In this document: positions 50,841 to 63,842 of the stretch, piece after piece
Layout: each line of letters starts with the position of its first letter
How positions within the stretch are numbered: position 1 is the stretch's first letter
From: Callorhinchus milii
Lineage: Eukaryota
Assembly (NCBI RefSeq): GCF_018977255.1
Contig: NW_024704743.1
Location: 74,278,001 to 74,342,000, forward strand
Reading direction: 5' to 3'
Length of the DNA stretch: 64,000 nt
Translations under genes and position numbers: made by a program
The notes under the pieces: generated by a model
The model's input: only the letters and a program-made list of their open reading frames with translations
The model's database searches: none
Told to the model about the DNA's origin: nothing

Positions 50841-51487
50841 GTAAGGCAGCCTTCCAATTTCACTGTTCTTCAAAACTGATCTCAATTCTGCCAACTTTCT
50901 TCCATATTATTTATTAACAATCCAATAGCCCCAAAACGTTCATGCCATATACTCCTAGCAAGAATATAAGATACTTAACTTTTTTCCTGCTTTATTATTT
51001 CTCTCTTTCTTATGCAATATTTACTTGCAAGTATTTTTTCCTGGGGTTTGGGAATTCTTTCTCTTAGTGCATGTAATTCTAGCCTTTAACACTTTCTTTT
51101 CTCAGTTGATCCTTGGGATGTAAATGCAATAGCTGCTTTGCACTATTTATTATTATTTAATGTAAGCTAATCGCTTGACTACCCACCCAGCAATGTCTAC
51201 ATTCAAAATCTTGGCACCTTAAAGTGTAAGAAACATTTGTCACAATGTTCATCTTGATATATCTTGTACTCGCTAAAGTGCACTGCATTTTTTACATTTA
51301 GGCATTTAATCAAACATTAAAATCACATTTTACACTGTTTTAAATGTTTTTTCTGCATTTCTGTTGTGGATTCTCAAACTTCAGAGTTTTAAGACTCTGA
51401 AGTTTTAGCATCCACAACACATCTTAAGATGTAGGAAAATCTGGATACCATCGTAACTCATATTAAATCAAACTCCTCATCTGTTAG

Positions 51488-51719
51488 CTAAACGCAAAAT
51501 ACTGCAGATGCTGGAAATCTGAAACAAAAACAAAAGTTGCTGGGAACACTCAGCAGGTCAGGCAGCATTTATGGAGAAAGGAAAGTGAGTCAACGTTTCG
51601 GGTCCGTGACCCTTTGTCAGAACTGGCAAAGGGTCGTGGACCCAAAACGATGATTCACTTTCCTTTCTCCATAGATGCTGCCTGACCTGCTGAGTGTTCC
51701 CAGCGACTTCTGTTTTTGT
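51488..51719. mobile_element. Palindromic Penelope-like-element-derived insertion with 14-bp TSD
   Basis: Arms 51523-51620 and 51623-51720 are reverse complements (89/98 by hand); direct repeat TCCTCATCTGTTAG at 51474-51487 and 51720-51733; hammerhead-like cores at the centre. Confidence 0.8.
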
Positions 51720-52187
51720 TCCTCATCTGTTAGACTCTTCTTGGAGAGATTAAATTGAGCCCATGTTATGAGAGAGTTCTAAACGGAAGGTATGGATTTG
51801 TTGAGCCAAGTTCCCGCACCCCCCTCCTTTCTTTTTCACATGCATTGTAGGCCGTTTCTTTCAAAGCTTTTTTGCATTTTATTATAAAACTACAATTTTA
51901 AAATTGTAATCCCATTTCATTTCCTCCATTCGCCTTAGTATTGGAGTATCTTGTCAGTACTATACTACTTGCATCTGATTTTTCAGTACCAAATGTGCCT
52001 ATACTGACTTTTGGCACATTTATCCTCATTTGAATTGATGTTTAATTGTTCACAGCCACAAATGCACAATCACCACACTACAGAAAATTCTGTGAAGCGC
52101 TTTGGGACGTCCTCCAGGCATGCAAGGCGCTGTAACAATGCAACTATTATTATTAATAATAACTTGTTTTGTATGATTTTCCAACAG

Positions 52188-52400
52188 TCTTATTAATCGG
52201 ATGCTTCAGAGAGATCCAAAAAGAAGAGCCTCATTAGAAGAGATTGAGAACCACCCCTGGCTTCTTGGAATTGACCCCTCACCTGCAACTAAGTATAACA
52301 TACCACTTGTCTCTTACAAGAATCTCTCAGAAGAAGAACATAATGGTATTATACAGCGAATGGTGCTTGGCGACATAGCAGACCGAGAAACTATTATTGA
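52188..52400 (+). CDS. SNRK: SNRK coding exon 3 (end of kinase domain, start of UBA domain)
   Basis: Acceptor ttttccaacag, [25 protein letters not shown]...DRETIIE, donor GA|GTAAGT; 213 nt. Confidence 0.97.
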
Positions 52401-53699
52401 GTAAGTTACTCTAAAGAAATGTGAAAATATGAAGAAACTTGCATTTCTGATATGTAATTAAGAAGCACATTTTCAGAGTGTTATGGGATACTTGCAATAA
52501 AATATCAAGTTTGTGAACAGTTTGTAAATCTATTATAGAGCTCAGTGCTAACCTCACAAATTGCTTTTTTTCAGAATTACTTTATTAATAAGGTCTGTCA
52601 AGACTTTCGTTAAAAAATACACGGGTGGCTGTTTCTTAAATGTGTTTCAATATAATAAACCAATATATTGATTTGTGGAAGTCGGTTTGTACAATGCAAT
52701 TTTAACATTGGCTTAATTTACAAATATCCATTGACTAAAAAGTGAAATAGAGCTAGGGGGAAAAAAGGTAGCAAGGAAGAAATAAAGTTCAAGTAGAATG
52801 GAGCATCACTGTCAAGTGTAGTGACTTTATTTAGACAAATTGAACAATTATTTTACACATAAGATCCTACAAAGCCATCATGTGAATCTATTGGCCAAAC
52901 AGCTCGGAGAAACTCTTCTTTTTGAATCGTTTCAAAGTTACTTTTAATACACATTTGGGAATAGGCTGAGTTTATCAAATTAGAAGTTTATAACTTCTGG
53001 TGACCAGATGACTAAATTACAAAGATTAATATCCACCTCTGCAGCATAAATGCAAATGGTGCACATTGATCAGGCAGATTGTTACCTTTTCTCTAAAATG
53101 CCAATTCCATGAGCACCAGATTAAAGGCCTTTCTTCTGTATGGCTGTGCAGGGGAATTTGTTTTAAGTCAAAATGGTAAGCGTCACGTTAGTGCCAAATA
53201 AAGTGTGAAAATAGAAAATTCTGGCATTGTTAGGTTAAATGTTTCCTTAAATTCTAGGCATAGGGAGTGCTAATTTGAACATGGATTATTTGCAAAATCT
53301 CACTCATAGTGGTGCTGGATTATAGGAAGATCATAACTTTAGTAGTCCCAGTATCTATATGAAAAGGATGAAACATTTATGAAAGTAATAAGTACTCTAT
53401 TGATGCGGCCTTACAATTAATAATGAAAATTAATCAGTGATTGTTGAACGAAATTAACTATTTATAGTGTCATTTTTAATCTGCATGATTTTGTTTTGAA
53501 AACTGTGAAAGGTTGATTAAGGCCACCCTCTTATAACTGAGATGCTATATTTTTATGGTACAGCATACAGTCGTTTGTCATCTTGTCAAAGATGCTTATT
53601 TTCAGATTGTTTGCTGCGTATTTACAAAATGTCTGCTGGACATAATTCCCCAGATGCTTATTGATGGGTGCTTTATGTTGCTTGTTTTATCTTCCTTAG

Positions 53700-53834
53700 G
53701 GCCCTGGAAACTGACAAGTATAATCACATCACTGCCACTTACTTCTTGCTTGCTGAGAGAATCCTGAAGGAAAAACAGGAGAAAGAAATCCAGAACCGAT
53801 CTGCCAGTCCAAACAGCATTAAAGCTCAATTCAG
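53700..53834 (+). CDS. SNRK: SNRK coding exon 4 ([44 protein letters not shown])
   Basis: Acceptor tcttccttag, donor AG|GTGAGG; 135 nt; UBA end motif [11 protein letters not shown] typical of AMPK-related kinases. Confidence 0.96.
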
Positions 53835-56071
53835 GTGAGGACAATAGTGATAGTTTACTAACTATGACATGTTTTCAAAGGTTCCAAGATGTGTCTTCAA
53901 ATGAACTGTTTTTTTTTTAAATGTTGTTACGGATTTGGGGAAACGAAAAGCAAGGCGAGACTGTTGAACTTGGCGAGACTATTTAACAATTAAAGATAGA
54001 CCCTCAATTCTTAAGAGCCTCTACTCATTTACTGTAGTTTGTCTTTTTTCAGTATTTGACAAAATAATTAGTATATTATCACACTTTTTTTGGCTACTTT
54101 TCTGTTTAAAAAAAGTATAATCTGATAAGTTTATTTATAGATCTATTTACATGAGCAACATAAATACTATTAAAGCTAAAGCTGATTACAAAGTAGATTC
54201 TGTATAAATAGAATTAGTTCAGATCTTACAATGTACTCTAAATGTGGGAGTTTTTGGTTGAAAGCTGACAGTAAATTCAACAATGATAGAATTTGACTTT
54301 ATATTGAGCTGCTTTTTGTAGCAAAAAATTATGTTCATTTTCAGCGTCACAGTTTTGAACCAAGGTGTGTGCTAATGGAGCTGGCCACTTTCTATGCACA
54401 TTTTAGATTTTTTTGCTAACTGTAATGTCAGCATCTTCACCCTGTCATGCTATAGGCGTGCTTGGTTATAACTGGGCTCTGCTGTACTAATTAGTAAATC
54501 AAGGTCTCTTGTATTCTGGTCTTTCTTTGTATAATATAGTCTGTTTAGTTTAAACATTGTTCATTTCTAGGACCCAAGTTGCACACAAGGTCTACAGTTA
54601 AAGCATGTGATCAAATTAATGAGTGAAACAGATATCCTGGCTGCAGAATAATGCTTCTTGTTAACCTTTGGCATACTCAATATCTCATCTTTGTGACCAA
54701 ACACAACAAGCAATTAGTGTGCTGTCATCCAGGATCAGAAATTTAAAGAATCCTTTAAAGGAATGTGAAGAAAAATATAAATCTAGAACGAGACCATTCA
54801 ACTCACTGTACTTGTGCTATTTGCTCCCTCTGAGGATTTCTACTCCAATTCCATTTCCCAACTCTTTTCCCATATATGTTTATGCCTTCATTCTTCAAGC
54901 GTTCATTTTAAACGCTTGAAGTTCATTTGATTGATTCCATATAGCTGCTGATAGTAACTCATGTTAATTTGAATTTCAGTGGCAAATCATTGTGAAATAC
55001 ATTAATAGACGATTCTACATGTTCAGGACAAAGCCCGAGAGTTAATATAGTGAAGCATTTGGACCGAAATATCCAAGTTGAGCAAAATGTTTTTTTTTCC
55101 AGACAATTATCCACGTTGTTTTAAACTAGATTAGATTTTTTTCTTTAAAAAAAATGCTAATCATCCTTCTGCATAGACTGCAAAGGGTGAAATTTCTCTT
55201 GAAAGATTTCACATGATGACCCTCAAATAATGCTCTATCCAGGTAAATTATGTAAAATGTCTGGGAATTGGTTGTGCTGCAGACATTCAAAACTTGACTT
55301 TTTATTTCCAGGAAAAGTTAATGTTGCATGGAATGTTTTTCAATTGCATTTTATTAAAGCCAGATTCATCTTGATCTTTGTAGGCAATACTCCAAATCAA
55401 CATTTGAGATTACATCATAATAATTTAAAATAAATCTCTACTCTAGAGATACTATAATTGTAGCAGGTGGAAGTCCGAGTCAGTTTTCATGGGTTTTATT
55501 TGATTAGCCTGGTGTCTTGATACATGGGGAAACCCATCTCCATACTTTGCTGTGGAGTTGGGAGGTATCCTCTCTCTGTACTTTTGATTTCTGACTGAAG
55601 TTCTGTGCCCGCTTCTTGTAAAATGTTTCATCAGTAAACATTTAACATGATAAAGGGATTATGGAAAATTACTATGGATTCAGGCACTAATTCATAAATA
55701 TGCCTACCAAACATTACCAATTTAATTGGTCAATTCCTTACGTATAATCAGCATCGTGTGCATTCAGCCCATGTCTGATCATATAACTTGTTATTTTTAT
55801 TTTAACTATTTATCACTCTTAGAATGTCAACTTGTACTGGATATTCCACCTCATCCTTAGGAAGAGAGTCTGTATTTTCCTCCATGAGCATGGATACGAA
55901 AAATCCATTTCAAACATCTGTCATTACTTGGCCTCTCAGTATTGTGATGTACTTTGAAATCCTCCAGAGGCCCTAGCGTTTCTTCTTCCAGTAATTAAAA
56001 ATAACGAGATCAAACTTTGGATTTCTTCAGGGTAGTGAGTTACAAAACTAGTCAGTTATTTTGTTCCAAGA

Positions 56072-57040
56072 CCATAAGACGTAGGAGCAGGAGTAGGCCA
56101 TTCGGCCCCTCAAGCCTGCCCCGCCATTTAATAAGATCATGATCTTCTAACCTAATTCCATTTACCCGCCCTATCCCCATATCCCTTAATCCCTCTATCC
56201 TTTAGAAATCTATCAACTCTGGGTGAAGAAATGTTTCCTCAACTCAGTTCGAAAAGGCTGGCCCTTAATTTTGAGACTATGATGCCTAGTTTTATATTCT
56301 CCAACCAGGGGAAACAGTCTCACACTATCTACCCTGTCAAGACCCTTAAGAATCTTATATGTTTCTATAAAATCACCTCTAATTCTTCTATATTCTAGAG
56401 AATATAGGACTAGTTTACTCAACCTCTCCTCATAGGTCAAACCCCTCATTCCAGGAACCAACTTAATGAATCTATGCTGCACCCCCTCTAAGGCGAGTAT
56501 GTCCTTTCTTAAATAAGGAGACCAAAACTGCACACAATACTCTAGGTGTGGTCTCACCAAGGCCCTATACAACTGCAGCAAGACTTCCCTACTCTTGTAC
56601 TCTAACCCTTTTGCAACGCACGCCAAAATGGCATTAGCCTTCCTAGTTGTTTGCTGTACCTGCATACTAACTTTTTGAACTGATGTACAAGGATACCCAA
56701 ATGCCTCTGAACACTAACACTACCTCGTCTGTCCTCCTCTAGAAAATAATCTATTTTTCTATTTTTACTGCCTAGGTGAATAACTTCACACTTCCCCACG
56801 TTATACACTATCTGCCACCTTCTTGCCCACTCACTTAGCCTGTCCATTTCCCTTTGAATTCTTCTTGTGTTATCCTCACAGCTTACTCTCCCACCTAGCT
56901 TCACATCATCCACGAATTTAGATATGTTAAGTTCTATTTGCTCTAAATCATTGATATAGACTGCAAATAATTGAGGCCCAAACACCGATCCTTGTGGCAC
57001 TCCACTAGTCACATCCTGCCAATCTGAGAAGGATCCTTTC
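56072..57040 (-). mobile_element. CR1 LINE 3' ~1 kb
   Basis: VTSGVPQGSVFGPQLF..YINDL..KFVDD; LYRALVRPHLEYCVQFWSP; same subfamily as 49458-50117. Confidence 0.93.
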
Positions 57041-57661
57041 TGGGCAAAATATTCCACTTGGATCTAGATTGACTCTTATTTTCATAGCATTTCAGAGCAT
57101 TCAGAATTTGCCAAATTGTTAAATTGGCTTTTTTAATATAATTGAAAAAAGCTTCAAGGTTAGTTATGAATTCAACTAATTTGCAAATTCTAGATGGCAT
57201 AGAATGCTAAGAAAAAAAATAAAGTTTTAGGAATGTGTAAAATTGGTGAATGTGTATAAGGTTACTGAGTTGATAAATTGTTCCCTAGCAATCTCATGCC
57301 CATGGCGAGGCTGGAGGCTTTCTGCAAGTGTGCAGTGAGCAAGAAGTGACAGCAGCAGCCTCTTGACCCAGAGGCCAGTTCGGTTTCTGTGTATATGTGC
57401 ATCGTGACTTCACTGGTGGCATTACAATTGGCACAGGCTGATTGGCATTCAACAGGGTGAGAGAACTGGCAGCTGTTGGCTTCTCCGAGTAAATCGTTTT
57501 CTTCTCAGTTTGAGGAAACGCACCATCACCAGCAGACCTGGAGTGCAATTTGTGTAGAGATTTTGTGGCTTTATTTCTGCTATTTTTAGGTTACTCAAGA
57601 GGACAGTAGGGTTCTGACCTGTGTTATAAAGTTAGAAACCTGGACAAATTTCTGCAGTCAT

Positions 57662-57957
57662 TCGAATCCTGTAGCTGAAGGGTTAGAGGACTTGCCTTGC
57701 AAGGGAAAACCTGGGTTCAATTCCCAGCAGGCTGAAGCCTTTGGCAAGTTTCCTTGCGCCTGATAATAATCCCTCAAGAAAAAAAAATAATTTGGCCACT
57801 CAATCCATGACTGTTTGTGGGACACTGCTGTGCGCATTTGGCTGCCGCGTTTCGCCCACAAATATACAGTCAATTCACTTTTCAGTATATTCTGTGAAGT
57901 GCTTTGAGACGTCTAGAAGACGTGAAAAAGCGCTATTATCAAATGCAAGGATTATAT
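57662..57957 (+). mobile_element. tRNA-headed SINE
   Basis: Full-length intronic copy. Confidence 0.9.
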
Positions 57958-58389
57958 TTTTCTTATTAGATTGCCAAGTTTACTGTAACGGCTGCAGATC
58001 TGTGCAGGTCTAAACCCAACTGTCCATCTTGGATTGTCTCTTAAGTGCCAAATTATGTAAACAATGTTGCTTTAGTATAGAATGTAATTGTGATCCTTTC
58101 TTCAGCCAGCAGACTGTTTGCAGAGGATTTCTTAGCCCAGCACATAAGATGACTCCGTGATGTTAATGGATTCACTGTATGGAGGCAGGATTAGCTAGAC
58201 GTTAATATCAAACATCTGACACAATTGTACGTAAGCCAGTATAGCATCAAGTGTAGAATAACATTATTGTGCATAAATACTTTAGTTTTCATTGACAATT
58301 CAGTTGTTTTAAGTTTAGTATTGAGGCTCAATGCAAGAGATGAAAAAGGTGCAAAGTAGATTGTAATTTTTTTCTTTTTCCAAATCCAG

Positions 58390-59563
58390 ACAGTCTTGGC
58401 CTACAAAAATTGATGTGGCCCAAAATATTGAGGACATTACAGCATCGGCCATCACTCACACATCTGTTCCTGGCAGCTGTTCACCAGCACGTACTGCAGA
58501 GACATTGAATGGGCACAGAATAAAACCGGGTGAGCCAGAAAAAAAAGAAGAATCGTCTGGATTAGGGGTCAAGGCTACTGCTAGTGGAAGGACGTGTCTC
58601 TTTAGAGTGGATGAGGATGAGGAGGAAGATGATGATGACAAAAAAGCAATTCCTCCTCCTGCCCAGGTGGTTTTGCGAAGGAAACCTTCCATAACAAACA
58701 GACTTACTACTAGAAAGAGTGCTCCTGTCCTCAATCAGATCTTTGAAGAAGGGGAATCGGATGATGATTTTGATATGGATGAAAACCTACCTCCCAAACT
58801 CAGTCGACTAAAGATGAACATAGCTTCTCCAGGCACTGTGCACAAGCGCTTTCACAAAAGGAAAAGTCAAGGAAGAGGTTCAAGCTGCAGTAGCTCAGAA
58901 ACCAGTGATGATGATTCAGAAAGCCGTAGGCTGCTGGACAAAGACAGTGGGTTCACTTATTCATGGCATCGCCGTGACAGCAGTGAGGGGCCCCCAGGAA
59001 ACGGCGGTGATGGAAGTGGGCAAGGCAAACCGAGTGATGGGACTGCTGGCCTCGATAAAAGCAGTCCAAGTGATAGCAACAAGGGGGGAAGCAGCCCTTC
59101 TAATGATTCTAGTGGGAGCACCAATAACACTGGATCATCAACACGCAGCCGTGCAGCACACGGAAATTCTACTCAATCACCTAAAAGTGCAGAGGATCTG
59201 TTAGAGAGTCTGAAATTCGTGAGCCTTTGCCTCGGATCACAATTGCATAGTAACAGTAGTAAATACATTATTGAGCCACAAAAAAATAGCACTTCTGCAA
59301 GCATCAAAATTCATGAAAAGACAACCTGGAAAATGTGCATCACCTCAACCAATATAGAGCGCTCTTTGTCTGTTGGCAGCAGTAACTCCTATTCTGATAT
59401 GTTGAATGAGCTTGAAATGTCAAAAGAAAACAATATGAACTTAAAAAACAATGTTCTACAGCTACCTCTTTGTGAGAAAACTATTTCTGTGAATATTCAG
59501 CGGAGCCCTAAGGAGGGACTGCTATGTACCTCCAGTCAGACTAGTTGCTGTCAAGTTATTTAG
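58390..59563 (+). CDS. SNRK: SNRK last coding exon (acidic/Ser-rich tail, ends SCCQVI*)
   Basis: Acceptor tttctttttccaaatccag, in-phase RQSWPTKIDV..., SRKSAPVLNQIFEEGESDD-like and RRDSSEGPPG motifs, TAG at 59561-59563. Spliced CDS totals 2253 nt = 750 aa. Confidence 0.96.
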
Positions 59564-61720
59564 TTTGTTTGACCTAACGATGACTTGTTTCTTGCTAGGT
59601 TACAAATGTGACCCTCCTTATCGCAGTGAAATTGTTCCTTTTTTNGTCTTCAGCTTTTAATGGGATTTGAGTTATTTATTTCTATGTTTTAATTTGTTTG
59701 CTATATATGACAATGCATGGTCTTTTTGCATGCTGCTCACTGCTGCTTTATTTCTGGCAAACAAAAATTAGTGCAGAATTTCCACATCTGTATGGTTTAA
59801 CCTAGGAATTTAGCATCAACCTCTTAGTTGTGTCTGTGCTGAAGCTAAATGCAGTTTAAGCAAATGGAGCACTTTGTAACTCCACATATAGCACTTAATG
59901 GAGAAAATGATGAATCTGTTCTGAAAAATGACATATTTTGTACTGATCAAAGAATGTGAGGTGAAGTGATGTACTCTAATCCGTCTGACAGAAAAGAACC
60001 AAAGCAATAACATAATGAACATTGCAGCTCCTGTGACAAAATGCAGTCTGCAGAGCAGTTGAAACCCACACTGGATGGTCTTAACATTTTAAAGCGAGTA
60101 CAGGTCAATTCGAAGTAGGCTACTCAGTATTAACTTAAACTCAGGGAAAGGCAAACTTGTGCAGGATTTCTGCTTTGAAGTGCCCTAATGTTGGAAGTAA
60201 CTCGACTAGTTACTTGTATACATGGCACAACGCTGCCCTAAATGGGAGAAAGCACTGCACTAAGGTTAGCCTGTCTCTTAGTATATGTATGTTTGTGTAA
60301 ACCTGGTCTTATCAGCTGTATGGGGTAAATCATATGGTGTAGTGACTGGAACTATATAAAACTAAGTGACATTGTATTTTAAAGATAGTATTAAGATGGG
60401 GTTTTCTTGAAAGGCAATGTCGGTATCAAAGTCATTTAGATGTTGCTCTGTCCCACAGGGAGTTTGAATCTCTTTCAGATTTAGATTTCAGGAAATGGAC
60501 ATAATTTGACATTGAAATTCCAAGTGAGGTTCTTGCAGAACATATGCATAGACATACTTGATCTGGATAGTGACTATCCAGGTGGAGAAGAGAGATGAGT
60601 GGAGACTTCTTGTAGGGCTGAGTTGGTTTGGCAATGGAAGATCAGAACCAAATGCAAAGTTCAAGGTGGACCAGCTATCCTGGCTCAATGACAGGACTTA
60701 TGAGTCACTCGGAGCTGATATTCTTCTTGCTCAGTTCCTAATAACCTGCAATCCAAAGCTCGAATGGATAGGGAGTGATGATTGGACAAGCAATGGGAAG
60801 CTGATCAGTTCTCCTGTTTTGGCTTGTTAAAAGCCACAGGTACTACAGTGTTAAATCCAAGAATCCTGAACCCTGACAACACTTTCTGAGATTAGGAAAG
60901 CAGGGTGTGCGTGTGTTCCATACCACATGTGGAACACTGTAGTTTGCTTTGATAGGTTTCCATGTATCAGATATCCAGCTGACCAAAATACAATCAAACT
61001 CCATCTGAGCAGAATTGTCATTTATAAGCCAGATATGCACCTGCTTCCTTGAAATGTTTACTGGCAGAGCTCTTTTTTAGAGGCCCTTCATTAATTGTTC
61101 AATGGTTGATGTGTGTTCCAAGCCACACTGTAAGACATGGGATGGGTTAGTTTACATTTAAGGTATACTAGCATTCCACTTTAGTAACTGATTAAATTGT
61201 GGGAAATATAACTAGTGAAGTGAATTTGCAGTAATTGTGTAGTAGCTGTTTTTAGACTATTGTAAATATGTTTCATTTATATTTTATGGTGTACAGCCTT
61301 GTGATGCCACCTTTTAGACTACCAGCCTGTGTACAATGTATGTAAATATTTGTGTATATACGGTGCTGAAAAAACTGCAATGTTGACTATGTAAAGTGCA
61401 TAGCTCTAGAATTAGATTAATATAGGGGAAAACTTGGTGGTAAGTTTGTAATCTGTATGGAATTGTCCAAGTAAATGAACGTGCATGTGTTTGTTGTGTT
61501 GCATCATTTGGTGCAAAGAATGGAAAAAAAATAACCACTACTTATGGATATTATTGGACCAAATAATGTAATAGCTTAAAGCATAACATCCCATGCCCAA
61601 CCTGTCTTTAAAATTTGTATATTTCATGTCTGAATTAAATATTGTGACAGACTATTATTTGCTTGTGATTTGTTCTTTATAAATTTCTAATAAAATCAAA
61701 AGCTTTGTTGCCTGGCACAT
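59564..61720 (+). other. SNRK: SNRK 3'UTR with candidate polyA signals ATTAAA (61634) and AATAAA (61689)
   Basis: ~2.1 kb free of recognisable repeats after the stop codon; T/GT-rich sequence follows the hexamers. Confidence 0.7.
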
Positions 61721-62189
61721 TTACACGTGACATTTTGCTGCTTCTACTAAATATCACATTTACATTTATTTTAGTAACTTGTCTTCTCTATGTATATTTC
61801 ACTTGTTCAACTAATTTTAATCACATTTAAGTTCAGAGAAAGCTATATCTACACCATTAGTATTTCTACTGTGGTGGCTTTAAGCATTGTATTGTACTAC
61901 CAGCAGCTTCTTTTGATCCAGTGAGTTCAAGCTATCCATCAAATGACCTAACCTGAGATTCTATACTGCTGAAACATTGATAGTGATCCACAGTTCAATG
62001 ACTTATTTCCTATGGAGGATTAGCCAAATCAAGAGATCCAGAATAAGGTCTCTTGATCTGCATTTTCTTTGTGAATGTGCCTGTTTCCCTGAGAATTGCA
62101 TTTTTCTACTCTTAAACCGTGTCACTGAAGTTATCAGGATACAGGTTTCCTTGCTCCTTCACTAATCTCCCAGAAGTACTTTGTTGACC

Positions 62190-63825
62190 TCGCCGAAACC
62201 AAGGTAAAAGCCAAAGTGAGTGGCTGCCACGACTACTTCGCCTCAAAAATCAAAAACATCCGCTTGGCTGCATCGTCCTCCCCCCACCCCCCACCATGTT
62301 CCCTTCCACCCCACCCGGACCATCCAAACCGCCTTCTCCCTCTGCCACAGCTCTTGCCACTTCCCCTCCTTACACTCCTTTGTCCCCATTTCTCCTTCCC
62401 TCTTAACCACAATCACCCGGATGAAGTTCACCACCTGCTACCTTGACCCCCTCACCACTCAGCTGCTGGTTACTCAACTCCCCCTTCTCTCCCCACTGCT
62501 GGCCGACACGGTCAAGCAGTCTCTCTCCTCAGGCTCTGTTCCACTCCCCTGAAAACGATTACATTTGTATAGCGCCTTTCACGTCGAGAAGACGTCCCAA
62601 GGCACTGGACAGTGTACAGCATTTCAGACCCGAGCTGGGGTCGAGGGAAGGGGGGGTGACTGATGGCGTGATCGAAGAGGAGGGTTTTGAGGCGAGACTT
62701 GAAGGAGGCTAAGGAGGGGGCGAACCCCTGCAGTCTGGTTTTCACCGACTGCCCACAGCACAGAGACCGCGCTTGTCAAAGTCACAAACGACATTTTCTA
62801 TCTGTGACCAGGGCTCCCTCTGCCTCCTCATCTCAGCAAATGGTTTCTCCTCCCGCCCCCACCCGGTTACCTGCAGGGTACCCCAGGGCTCCACCCTTGG
62901 CCCTCTTCTTTTCCTCATCTATAAGTACCCTCTGGGTGATGTCATCCGCACACAGGGTAAACTTCCACATGTATACGGATGATACACAAATCTACTTTGC
63001 CTCCTTCAGCATCGACTCCAGGTCCACGGATGTTCTACCAGCTTGTCTTCACTCCTGCGGATCTAAACTCAACCTCCCTGGGCGCTCCCACAGAATCACT
63101 GAGCCAGTGCTCAATCCAGGCGTCTGATTCAACCCCCAGCTGTCCTTCCTCCCCCACATCTGGTCCGTGACCAGGTCCGCCTTCTTCCACCTCCGCCACA
63201 TAGCCTACCTCCGACCGTTTTTACCCCAAATTCAGCCGAAACCCTTGTGCATCCGTGTCACCTCCTGCTAGGATTACTCCAACGCACTCCTCGCCGGTCT
63301 CCCCAGCTCCACCATTCATTCAAAAGATCCAGCTCATTCAAAACTCTGCCACCCGCGCACTTACTCAGACCAAACTCCATACCCACGTCTCACCAGTTCT
63401 GGCCAGGGTCCACTGGCTTCCCAACACCGAATGGATCGACTTCAAGACCCTCCCACTCGTGTTCAAATCCATTCACTCCCTGGCACCTCCCTACCTCTCC
63501 AACCTCCTCACTCCCCAATCCACCACCCGGCACCTCTGCTCCACTGGCACCATCCATCTGCTCGTCCCTCGCACCTTCCACCCCACCATCAGAGGTCGTG
63601 CTTTCAGCCCTGAAACTCTGGAGCACTCTCCCTCAGTCCCTCCTCCTTGGCCCCTCTCTCCCCTTTTTCAGGTCCCGCCTGAAAACCTTCCTCTTTGGCT
63701 GTGCTTACCGCCACTCCCCCCCCATCCCCCCGCCCCCATCAGGCTCCACCGCTGTTAGGTGCTCTGAGATGCTACCCTGCGTGGAGGGTGCTATATAAGT
63801 GCAAGTTGTTGCTGTTGTCATTGTT
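62190..63825 (+). mobile_element. L2 LINE fragments, interrupted at 62552-62722 by an antisense L2 3' end
   Basis: YFASKI..LDPL, VPQGSTLGPLLF, FHMYTDDTQIY, HWLP..FK..LAPPYL; antisense tail ACATTTGTATAGCGCCTTTCACGTC at 62560. Confidence 0.9.
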
Positions 63826-63842
63826 AACCTCCATCTTCAAAT

